Part shown: piece after piece, positions 16,540 to 24,130 of the stretch
Layout of the letters: every line of letters begins with the position of its first letter
Position numbering within the stretch: the first letter of the stretch is position 1
Assembly (NCBI GenBank): GCA_039922195.1
Contig: JBDSAK010000112.1
Span: forward strand, 1-24,130
Direction of reading: 5' to 3'
Source of the DNA: Mycobacteriales bacterium
GTDB taxonomy: Bacteria; Actinomycetota; Actinomycetes; BP-191
DNA: 24,130 nucleotides
Translations under genes and position numbers: made by a program
Notes under the pieces: generated by a model
What the model saw: the letters and a program-made list of their open reading frames with translations, nothing else
Databases searched by the model: none
What the model was told of the DNA's origin: nothing

Positions 16540-17496
16540 ATGGAACCGGTTTGGGCGTGGCGCGTTCTCGGGTTACCGCCCGGATCCGCACCCGACGAGG
16601 TACGCCGCGCATTCCGGCAGTCAGCGCAGCTGCTGCACCCTGATCGCGCGAGCGACCTGCCGGCCGAGGTGCGCGCCGAAGCAGCCCGCCGGATGACTGA
16701 GCTGGCCGAGGCATACCGGGTGTGCTCGGCGATCTCCCGCGGCGCACCGCCACCGCCGCCACGTGCCACGGATCACAACGACGGCGGGGCCGTCGGCACC
16801 CTGCGCGCGGTCGGCGGCCAGGCGGCGCGAATGCTCGCCGAGACGCACGGACTGTTGCGGCAGCTTGCGCCGTGGGATGCGTTCCGCGCCGGCCTGCCTA
16901 CTTCGTTGACGCAGCAGGACAATGCCGAAGCTTCTCGCGAGGTGGTCACCCTGCTCGAACAAGTCGCGGCTGCGTGGCCCGGCACCGCTGAAGGCGACAC
17001 CGCGCGCGTGTTGCTCGTGACATCGGTCGCTGCACGCAACAGTCTGTCGACCCGCGAACGAGCAGGCCACCTCGTGCTTGTCGTCGACATCGCAGCACGC
17101 GACGAGGCGTGGGACAGCCTCTCGGGCCGAGACGAATTGGCCGTCGCCCAGGTCGTGCACGACCACCCGACCGCAGCTGACGACTTGCGTCGACGCGCCC
17201 GCGAACGACTGATCGACCTCGACGATTGGGTCTCGCTGGCCCGCGACGCCGACCCGGACGTGCGGCGTACGGCGCATGCGCACCTGTTGCTGCAGCGTGC
17301 GCAGCTTCTCCTCGACCGGGCCGACTGGACCACCCGCAAGGGCCGGCCGGCGTACGACGACGACATCGCGGTGTGGCAGGCCGAGGTCCGCACTCTCTCC
17401 GTCGACTCCGCGCTGCCGCAGGCGTTGCGCGCCAGGCTGACCGACGCCGGACAATCGCTCGCGTCCGCGGTCCGGCGAGCTGCTCGGCAGGCATGA
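16540..17496 (+). CDS. J-domain (DnaJ-type) protein with uncharacterised helical C-terminal region
   Basis: 318 aa; AWRVLGLPPGSAPDEVRRAFRQSAQLLHPDR...MTELAEAYRV with intact HPD motif. Confidence 0.82.
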   Translation: MEPVWAWRVLGLPPGSAPDEVRRAFRQSAQLLHPDRASDLPAEVRAEAARRMTELAEAYRVCSAISRGAPPPPPRATDHNDGGAVGTLRAVGGQAARMLAETHGLLRQLAPWDAFRAGLPTSLTQQDNAEASREVVTLLEQVAAAWPGTAEGDTARVLLVTSVAARNSLSTRERAGHLVLVVDIAARDEAWDSLSGRDELAVAQVVHDHPTAADDLRRRARERLIDLDDWVSLARDADPDVRRTAHAHLLLQRAQLLLDRADWTTRKGRPAYDDDIAVWQAEVRTLSVDSALPQALRARLTDAGQSLASAVRRAARQA

Positions 17497-18182
17497 CACG
17501 CATCGCGGTCGTCACTGCCGTTCCCCGCGAACGCGACGCCGTCGCGGCGGGCGTCGGAGTCTGCGAACGCCGGCGAGCCGGCCCCTACGAAACGATCGGC
17601 GGCGTCGTCCGCGGCGACGCCGAACTCGTCGTGCTGGCCGCGGGAGTAGGCCCAGCCGCGGCAGCAGCGGCGGCGATGGCAATAGCGCTCGGCGGTGTCG
17701 ACGTGCTGTTCAGCGCCGGCGTCGCGGGCGGCTTCGCCCACCGATCGGACGTCGGCGATCTCGTCGTGGCTACCGCTGTTGTCGCAGCCGATCTCGGTGC
17801 GAACTCTCCCGACGGCTTCCTTGATCTCAGCGCGCTCGGGTTCGGCGCGGCGACGTACGCGGTCGACGAGGCGGCGTCGGCGCATACGGCAGAACGCCTG
17901 GCGGCCCAGGGGGTCGCGGCTCGCCGCGGGGCAGTGCTCACCGTGTCCGCGGCTACCGGCACCGACGAGCGGGCGCTCGAACTGGCGAGTCGTCACGACG
18001 CCGCCGCGGAAGCGATGGAAGGCGCCGGTGTCGCGCACGTCGCAAGCCTGTTGGGCATCCCGCTCGTCGAGCTGCGGGCCATCAGCAACGTCGTCGGCCG
18101 GCGCGATCTCGACGCGTGGGAGGTGCCCCGTGCGCTTGCCGCGCTCGAGCACGCGATGCACATACTGTTTGCCCGCGGATGA
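17493..18182 (+). CDS. mqnB: Futalosine hydrolase (PNP/MTAN fold)
   Basis: 229 aa from ATG 17493 (ATGA overlap); GVGPAAAA, SAGVAGGF, LTVSAATGTDERA, EAMEGAGVA and ELRAISNVVGRRD; directly upstream of mqnD. Confidence 0.88.
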   Translation: MTRIAVVTAVPRERDAVAAGVGVCERRRAGPYETIGGVVRGDAELVVLAAGVGPAAAAAAAMAIALGGVDVLFSAGVAGGFAHRSDVGDLVVATAVVAADLGANSPDGFLDLSALGFGAATYAVDEAASAHTAERLAAQGVAARRGAVLTVSAATGTDERALELASRHDAAAEAMEGAGVAHVASLLGIPLVELRAISNVVGRRDLDAWEVPRALAALEHAMHILFARG

Positions 18183-19012
18183 CACGCGAACCGCTGACTC
18201 TTGGCATCTCACCGTGTCCGAATGACACGTTCGTCTTTCACGCGCTGGCGCATGGTTTGGTCCTCGGCGCCCCGCCGATCTCGGTCACCTTCGCCGACAT
18301 CGACGTCCTCAACTCGATGGCCGCGGCCGGCGCGCTCGATGTGGTCAAGGTGTCGTATGGCGCGCTGCCCTGGCTGCTCGCTGACTACGCGTTGCTCGAC
18401 GCCGGCGGGGCGGTCGGGCGCGGCTGCGGACCGTTGCTGCTCACCGCCGACGGGCGCGCCCTGCCCGAACTGGCCGGTGCGCGCATCGCCGTACCCGGGA
18501 GTCGCACCACGGCTTACCTGCTGCTGCGTTTGTGGGCCGCCGAACTGTCGATCGCTTTCGCCTCCGTCGAGACGCTTCCCTTCGACCAGATCATGCCGGC
18601 GGTTCGCGACGGGTCGTACGACGCGGGCCTGGTCATCCACGAGTCGCGTTTCACCTATCCGGCGTTCGGACTGAATCAAGCAGTCGACCTCGGCGAGTGG
18701 TGGGAAGCGACGACCGGCCTGCCGATTCCGCTGGGCGCGATCCTCGTCCGGCGCAGCCTCGGGTCAGAGCGACTCGTCGAGCTCGAGACCGCGATCCGCC
18801 GCTCGGTCGAGCAGGCATGGACCGACCCGGCAGCATCGCGCGACTGGGTGATGGCCCACTCGCAAGAGATGGAGCCGGCCGTCGCCGACGCGCACATCGC
18901 GCTCTACGTCAACGAGTTCACCCGATCGCTCGGACCCGAAGGGCGCGCCGCCGTTGCGGCGCTGCTCGACAGAGCTGCGGCGGCCGGGCTGACGCCGCCG
19001 ATGACCTGGTAG
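18179..19012 (+). CDS. mqnD: 1,4-dihydroxy-6-naphthoate synthase
   Basis: 277 aa from ATG 18179 (ATGA overlap); ISPCPNDTFVF, GRGCGPLLL, LVIHESRFTY, GLPIPLGAI and HIALYVNEFT. Confidence 0.95.
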   Translation: MTREPLTLGISPCPNDTFVFHALAHGLVLGAPPISVTFADIDVLNSMAAAGALDVVKVSYGALPWLLADYALLDAGGAVGRGCGPLLLTADGRALPELAGARIAVPGSRTTAYLLLRLWAAELSIAFASVETLPFDQIMPAVRDGSYDAGLVIHESRFTYPAFGLNQAVDLGEWWEATTGLPIPLGAILVRRSLGSERLVELETAIRRSVEQAWTDPAASRDWVMAHSQEMEPAVADAHIALYVNEFTRSLGPEGRAAVAALLDRAAAAGLTPPMTW

Positions 19013-19029
19013 CTAGGCTGACCTGGCAA

Positions 19030-19419
19030 CTACGCCTCGATATCGCGGGCGACGGCATGCACGACTTCGGCAACCATCTTCGCCTTCTTGCGGTCGGGGT
19101 AACGACCCCGCGCGAGATCCTGCTGCACGACGTCGAGCACCTTGATCATGTCTTCGATCATCGCGTGCAACTCTTCCGGCTCGCGCCGGGTCGACGGGGG
19201 TGCAGACAGCGACGGCGGTGCCTCCAGCACGCGGACAGAGAGCGCCTGGTCGCCGCGGCGGCCCTGCGCAATCCCGAACTCGACCTTCTGTCCCGGCGCC
19301 AGCTCCTCGACACCAGAGGGCAAGGCGCTCTTGTGCACGTAGACGTCGTCGCCGCCCTCGCGAGAGAGAAAACCGAAGCCCTTCTCGGGGTCGAACCACT
19401 TGACCTTGCCGGTTGGCAC
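19030..19419 (-). CDS. Cold-shock domain protein with C-terminal helical extension (actinobacterial CspB type)
   Basis: 129 aa from GTG 19419 (GAGG SD); [15 protein letters not shown] (RNP1), DVYVHKSAL (RNP2); TAGCCT -10 candidate at 19480-19485. Confidence 0.95.
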   Translation of the reverse strand: MPTGKVKWFDPEKGFGFLSREGGDDVYVHKSALPSGVEELAPGQKVEFGIAQGRRGDQALSVRVLEAPPSLSAPPSTRREPEELHAMIEDMIKVLDVVQQDLARGRYPDRKKAKMVAEVVHAVARDIEA

Positions 19420-19591
19420 GATGACCTCTATCTGCACATTGCCCCACGGCCGGGGCGTTTCGGGCGGCTGTAGCGCCTCAGGCTAGACGCCGGCGCACCG
19501 TTGGGAAAACAGGTTCGTTCCCGCGAGGGTCCCCGCAGAAGTCGTTAGACTACGCAGCGCATCCACCCGCCTACCCGCAGAGGGGTCCTGC

Positions 19592-21334
19592 ATGTCCGAC
19601 GAGCAGCCACCGACCGGACCGCACGACCCCAACCCCCCGGCTGACGCGGGGTGGGCGCCGCCGCCTCCACCGAGCACACCTCCCGGATCGTTCGGCCCCC
19701 CGTCCGCGCCGCCCAGCTCGCCGCCGCCGGCGTACGAGCAGCCGCCGGGCTACCAGGCCCCGACGGAGTACGGCGCGCAGCCGACGGCTGCTCAGCCGTT
19801 CGCGCTGCCCTACGCGCAACAGGCCTACGGGCAGCAGACGTACGGTGCAGCGGGGTACGGCGACCAGCTCGCCACACCGCCGGTGAAGAGCAAGCGTGGT
19901 CTCGCCCTCGGAGCGGGCGCCCTTGCGTTGGCCGCGGTGGCCGCCGGCGGCATCTATGTGGCGAGCCAGGCCGGTGACGAAGGCAAACAGCCGGAATCGC
20001 TCGTGCCGTCGACGGCGCTCGCCTTCGCGAAGATCGACCTCGACCCGCCCGCCGACCAGAAGCTCGCCATCCACGAGTTCAGCAAGAAGTTCCCCAGCGG
20101 CCCCAAGACCACAGCCGATGACCCGATGGACGGGTTCCTGCGCGAGATCTTCAAAGACGAGTCCGGCAACTGCAACTACGAGACGGACATCAAGCCGTGG
20201 CTCGGCAAGCGCGTCGGGATTGCAGCCATCGCCGGGTCCAAGGGCAAGACCGAGCCGCTGCTCCTGCTGGAGGTCAAGGACGAGGAGAAGGCAAAGGCCG
20301 CCAAGAGCAAGTTGACGTCGGACGTCTGCGACTCCGATGAGCCCGACGCTTCCAGCGAGGCCGACGATGATCTCCGTGGCTTTGCGATCAAGGACGGCTT
20401 TGCCGTGCTGAGCACCGAACAAGCAGATGTCGACGCGGCGTTGGCCGCCGCCAAGACCGAGTCACTCGAGTCGAGCAAGACGTTCAAGGACGACATGGCC
20501 AAACTCGAGGGAAACCAGATCGTCGTGGTCTGGGCCGACGCGGGCCGTGTCTATGACGAGATCGCCAAGGAGCAGCCCAAGCTCAAGCGAGTTCCCAATG
20601 GCCTGACCAAGCAGATCAAGGGCCGGCTCGTGATGGGGATGCACGTCTCGAACAACTACGGCGAGATCTACGCCCGCGTCATCGGCTCGGACATGGCGGC
20701 GGTCAAGGTCACCAAGCCGACCGCCCTGGGCAAGCTCCCCCAGGACACGATCGCCGCCATCTCGGTCACCGAGCTGCAGGCCCAGATCGAAGCACAGCTG
20801 AGCGCGCTCGGAGCCACCAGCAAGGAGGTCGACGACGTGCTCGCCTCGGCCAGCAAGCAGCTGGGGATCAGCATCCGCAAGGAGCTGCTCCCGCTGCTCG
20901 GCAACCAGACGCTGATCGCTCTCGGCAATATCCCGACCAGCCCGGCGGACACCAAAATCGGCATTGCGAGTGTGGTGGACGACCCCGCGGCCGCCGCCAA
21001 GGCGGGCAAGAAGCTGGCCGCCCTCGCCAAGCAAGCCGGGCTCAACGTCGACGTCGAGGTCGACGGCACCACGTTCTACCTGACGACCAAGGGCTATGCG
21101 GAAGCGCTCAAAGGCGACGGGGGGCTTGACAGCACACCGCTGTTCACCGCGGCGATGGGCCCGTTGGGCGACGAAGTGGCCGGCGCGACGTACATCGACC
21201 TGGGGCAGCTCGTGGAGCTGATGCAAAAGCGCGGCGACGATACAGAAGGTGTGAACAAGTTCAGCGCGTTCGGCATGTCTGCCGGAAAAGTCGGCGACGA
21301 CGGATACGTCCGGATGCGCCTGGTCGTCAAGTAG
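19592..21334 (+). CDS. DUF3352-like membrane-anchored protein with Pro/Gln/Tyr-rich N-terminus
   Basis: 580 aa; low-complexity N-terminus, one TM segment, then PESLVPSTALAFAKIDLDP and IKPWLGKRVGIA; TAGACT -10 candidate at 19546-19551. Confidence 0.83.
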   Translation: MSDEQPPTGPHDPNPPADAGWAPPPPPSTPPGSFGPPSAPPSSPPPAYEQPPGYQAPTEYGAQPTAAQPFALPYAQQAYGQQTYGAAGYGDQLATPPVKSKRGLALGAGALALAAVAAGGIYVASQAGDEGKQPESLVPSTALAFAKIDLDPPADQKLAIHEFSKKFPSGPKTTADDPMDGFLREIFKDESGNCNYETDIKPWLGKRVGIAAIAGSKGKTEPLLLLEVKDEEKAKAAKSKLTSDVCDSDEPDASSEADDDLRGFAIKDGFAVLSTEQADVDAALAAAKTESLESSKTFKDDMAKLEGNQIVVVWADAGRVYDEIAKEQPKLKRVPNGLTKQIKGRLVMGMHVSNNYGEIYARVIGSDMAAVKVTKPTALGKLPQDTIAAISVTELQAQIEAQLSALGATSKEVDDVLASASKQLGISIRKELLPLLGNQTLIALGNIPTSPADTKIGIASVVDDPAAAAKAGKKLAALAKQAGLNVDVEVDGTTFYLTTKGYAEALKGDGGLDSTPLFTAAMGPLGDEVAGATYIDLGQLVELMQKRGDDTEGVNKFSAFGMSAGKVGDDGYVRMRLVVK

Positions 21335-21351
21335 CCACGGTCACTCGAGCA

Positions 21352-21681
21352 ATGGCCCGCGGGGCGCATTCGTCCAACCGTTCCGAGCGCCCCGCCGCGC
21401 GCGTTGCGCGTTCGCGCGCGGGGCGACGGTCCGCACGCACCCGTCGCACGCGGCTTCGGCTGCCCAGGATCGGCCACGATCCCGGTGATCGCCTGATTGC
21501 GGCCGGCGTCGTGCTATTCGTTCTCGGGCTGATCGCGATTGCCATCACGTTCCTGCCGTTCGTCACCATGCAGCGTTCCAACACCGACCTGGCGGTCAAC
21601 CTGGGCACCTTCGCAACGGTGCTGGGCCTCGCCCTCGGGGCGATCGGCGGCTACCGACAGGCCCGCTCGCTGACGCGATAA
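21352..21681 (+). CDS. Small two-TM membrane protein (start uncertain)
   Basis: GDRLIAAGVVLFVLGLIAIAITFLPF and LGTFATVLGLALGAIGG hydrophobic segments; the Arg-rich N-terminal 40 aa may not be real. Confidence 0.6.
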   Translation: MARGAHSSNRSERPAARVARSRAGRRSARTRRTRLRLPRIGHDPGDRLIAAGVVLFVLGLIAIAITFLPFVTMQRSNTDLAVNLGTFATVLGLALGAIGGYRQARSLTR

Positions 21682-21753
21682 CCACAGACATCCGAACGCC
21701 GAGCCGCGGTCCGTGGTGAAGTAGCACCTCACCTCCACGACGAAGGACCGATT

Positions 21754-23445
21754 GTGCCTAGAGACGACGCTGGATACGACGACGTTCTCTCCAGCGGCGC
21801 CCGCGAGATGTCGGACGTTCCGCAACGCGAATCGCGCGCCCCGAAGCGATCGTTGGGTCGGCCCGTGGGCGTCGGCGCTCTCGCGATCGCGGTGCTCACC
21901 GGCGGTGCCGTCTACGTGGCTGCGCGCAGCGGTGACGTCGACAGCAAGGGCCCGCAGTCGGTGCTCCCTGGCAGCGCGTTCGCCTTCGCGACGGTCGACC
22001 TGGAGCCGGGCGGTGAGCACGGCAAAGCGCTGGGGGAGTTCGTCCAGCGATTTCCGTCCGCACAGGCCGACAGCGCCGCGCAGCTGCGCGAGCGAGCGGT
22101 CAGCGCCATCACCCGGCAGGTCCACCTGGACTACACCCAGGACGTGCAGCCATGGCTCGGCCGGCACGCTGGGGTCGCCGGATTCCCGGCCGCAGGAGGG
22201 CGTCCCAGCTTCGTCATCGCGCTGGAAGTCAAGGATGCCCGCGCGGCGGTCACAGCACTCGCCTCCATCGCCGAGCCGCCGGCGTACGCCGAGCGCGACA
22301 ACTACATCCTGATCGCCCCGGACAAGGAGGCCCTCGCGGCCGCAGTGACCGCGACCGACGACGTCGCGCTCGCAGCCGAGCCCCAGTTCGTCGCTGACAT
22401 GGCGCGCCTTGACGGCTCGCAACTCGCCGTCGCGTGGACAGACAACAAGGCGTCGGCCGACGCGGTGCTCTACGACATGGAACACGCTCGCGAGGGCGAC
22501 GAGTTCGGTGGCATGGAGACGTACTTCGGCCGCGTGCGCGAGGGTGCGGTCGGCCGCACCGTGATGGGGCTTCGTGCCTACGGCACCTACGCCGAACTCG
22601 TCGGCTACACCATCGGTCGCGGCACCGCGGCGACTGGCCCGCTGGCGGATCTGACGTCGCTCCCCGACACGACGATTGGGGCGGCCTTCGGCGCCAATGC
22701 CGACTCACTGCTCACGGGCAGCGGCGGCGGGCTGTTCGGGAGCTTCGGCATCGCCGGAAAGATTCCGCCGCTCGCCTTCGGCTTCTCGTCGTTCCTCTAC
22801 GGCTTCGGCTACAGCGGCGAGGACTATAGCGAGGCCCAGTCGGCGATGCCGACGCTCTGTGCGGCAGCTTCACCCACCGCCGCGGCTGGGGCGAAGCCCG
22901 GGCCAGTGACATCGTCCTGCGACTCGTTCTCCGAAGGACCCGAGCGGCAGGTTGCGCCGTCGGACCCCGTCCGCGGCTCCGACCCCGACGCAAATGTGCT
23001 CATCGGTTCCTTTGCCAGCGGCACGATCGCCCTGGGTTCAGTGCCGATCCCGAATGCGCAAGGAGCGCCGGATCTGGCGCTGATCGCCAGGATCGCCGAT
23101 CCGGCCCGGGCGCAGAAAGCCATCGCCAAAGGCAAGTCGCTGTTCGCCGATGCGTTCAATGGCACGCCGTTCACTCAGGAAGAGGGCGGTGTCTTGACGT
23201 TCGCCTCGAGCGGCGAGTACGCCGGGCGCCTCCGGGGCGGCGCGCTCGGCGAGACCGAGCTGTTCAAGACGGCAATGGGTCCGCTCGGCGAGCAGGCCGA
23301 AGTCGCGGTCTTCGCCAACCTCGAACGCGTACGAGACATCGTGCCCGGCTACCCCAAGGAGCTGCTGCCCGTCAGCGCAATCGGCATGTCGTCGTCGCGC
23401 GAAGGCGACGTGACCGTGCTGCGGGTGCGGCTCGTCTCGCGCTAG
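21754..23445 (+). CDS. Second DUF3352-like membrane-anchored protein
   Basis: 563 aa from GTG 21754 (GAAGGA SD); TM segment then PQSVLPGSAFAFATVDLEP and VQPWLGRHAGVA; clearly paralogous to 19592-21334. Confidence 0.75.
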   Translation: MPRDDAGYDDVLSSGAREMSDVPQRESRAPKRSLGRPVGVGALAIAVLTGGAVYVAARSGDVDSKGPQSVLPGSAFAFATVDLEPGGEHGKALGEFVQRFPSAQADSAAQLRERAVSAITRQVHLDYTQDVQPWLGRHAGVAGFPAAGGRPSFVIALEVKDARAAVTALASIAEPPAYAERDNYILIAPDKEALAAAVTATDDVALAAEPQFVADMARLDGSQLAVAWTDNKASADAVLYDMEHAREGDEFGGMETYFGRVREGAVGRTVMGLRAYGTYAELVGYTIGRGTAATGPLADLTSLPDTTIGAAFGANADSLLTGSGGGLFGSFGIAGKIPPLAFGFSSFLYGFGYSGEDYSEAQSAMPTLCAAASPTAAAGAKPGPVTSSCDSFSEGPERQVAPSDPVRGSDPDANVLIGSFASGTIALGSVPIPNAQGAPDLALIARIADPARAQKAIAKGKSLFADAFNGTPFTQEEGGVLTFASSGEYAGRLRGGALGETELFKTAMGPLGEQAEVAVFANLERVRDIVPGYPKELLPVSAIGMSSSREGDVTVLRVRLVSR

Positions 23446-23676
23446 TCAGTCTTCGGTCAGCACGGAGACGTGCAGACCACGATCCTCGAGCCAGGCTCGA
23501 GCTGTCTCGAGCTGTTCGCGCTCTCCTCGCACGTCCAGGATCACCCAGGCGATGTGGTCACGAACGTCCGCGCGCCGGATGTTGGTGACCAGACCGAGTT
23601 CATGGCCCAGCGCCCACACGATCGGTTCGGCGACAGTCTCCTGCGAGTAGGTCAGGTGCCAGCGCGCCTCGGTCAT
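23446..23676 (-). CDS. Stand-alone NIL-domain (ACT-like) protein
   Basis: 76 aa from ATG 23676 (TGATG overlap with the larE stop); LTYSQETVAEPIVWALGHELGLVTNIRRADV...WVILDVRGEREQLETARAWLEDRGLHV. Confidence 0.85.
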   Translation of the reverse strand: MTEARWHLTYSQETVAEPIVWALGHELGLVTNIRRADVRDHIAWVILDVRGEREQLETARAWLEDRGLHVSVLTED

Positions 23677-24130
23677 CAGCGCCACCGTTCCGGTTGTGGG
23701 AGCAGCTCATTGAGCGAACCTGACCGGAATCCGGCCGGGTCGACGTACGCCGACCTGAACCCCGCAGCGCGCACGATGTCTACCGCCCCCGCGGCGAACG
23801 CAGCCTCGACGTACTCGACGTCGATCTCGATACGCGCCTCGTCGCCCAGGTCGCGCACCCGCAGATTGCGGAAGGGCACGCCGGACGCCGACAGCGCCTG
23901 CTGTACCAGCGATTCTGCCCGCTCGACGCGCGCCAACCGCGACGGCGAGATCTCGATACCGAACGCGATGCGGCTGGACAGACACGCAGCTGCCGGCTTG
24001 TCCCACGTAGCCAAACCCCAGGCATGGCTCGCGGACCGCACATCGGCTTTGGTCAATCCAGCGTCGAGCAGCGGTGTCAGCGCCTGCCGTTCGGCAGCCG
24101 CCTTGATGCCGGGACGGAACCCGGCCAGGG
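23676..24130 (-). CDS. larE: ATP-dependent sacrificial sulfur transferase LarE family, C-terminal part
   Basis: Open from the window edge: LAGFRPGIKAAAE...PLLDAGLTKADVR...WDKPAAACLSSRIAFG...LRVRDLGDEARIE...GFRSGSLN. Confidence 0.9.
   Translation of the reverse strand, partial: LAGFRPGIKAAAERQALTPLLDAGLTKADVRSASHAWGLATWDKPAAACLSSRIAFGIEISPSRLARVERAESLVQQALSASGVPFRNLRVRDLGDEARIEIDVEYVEAAFAAGAVDIVRAAGFRSAYVDPAGFRSGSLNELLPQPERWR

Noticed and set aside
1-24130. Mobile elements, tRNA/rRNA genes, pseudogenes or frameshifts
   Set aside because: No transposase, integrase or RNA-gene signature was seen, and all credible genes read through at plausible lengths.

Overview
High-GC actinobacterial chromosomal window, densely coding (23 credible CDSs, 2 truncated at the edges). 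No rRNA, tRNA, CRISPR array or transposase was recognised. The backbone looks like a conserved actinobacterial neighbourhood: MarR + MFS, NCS2 purine permease, DUF2530, sacsin-like GHKL ATPase, DUF3027, MFS, DUF2771-like lipoprotein, mqnB, mqnD and a CspB-type cold-shock gene. The futalosine menaquinone genes suggest a lineage other than Mycobacteriales (inference). Probable accessory additions are a LacI/GH30 glucanase module, a DUF695-like gene, an SMP-30 lactonase, a J-domain protein, two tandem DUF3352-like membrane-anchored proteins and a larE-NIL pair. The strongest unexplained signals are: (1) five exactly 10-bp-phased GTT-core direct repeats plus a distal in-phase copy, next to a LacI regulator that lacks the canonical hinge-helix motif; (2) a translationally coupled DUF3027 / DUF695-like / sacsin-like ATPase unit facing an operon with a J-domain protein; (3) larE coupled to a stand-alone NIL domain; (4) a highly structured 380-nt intergenic region. 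Family assignments come from motif recognition only; no database search was run.
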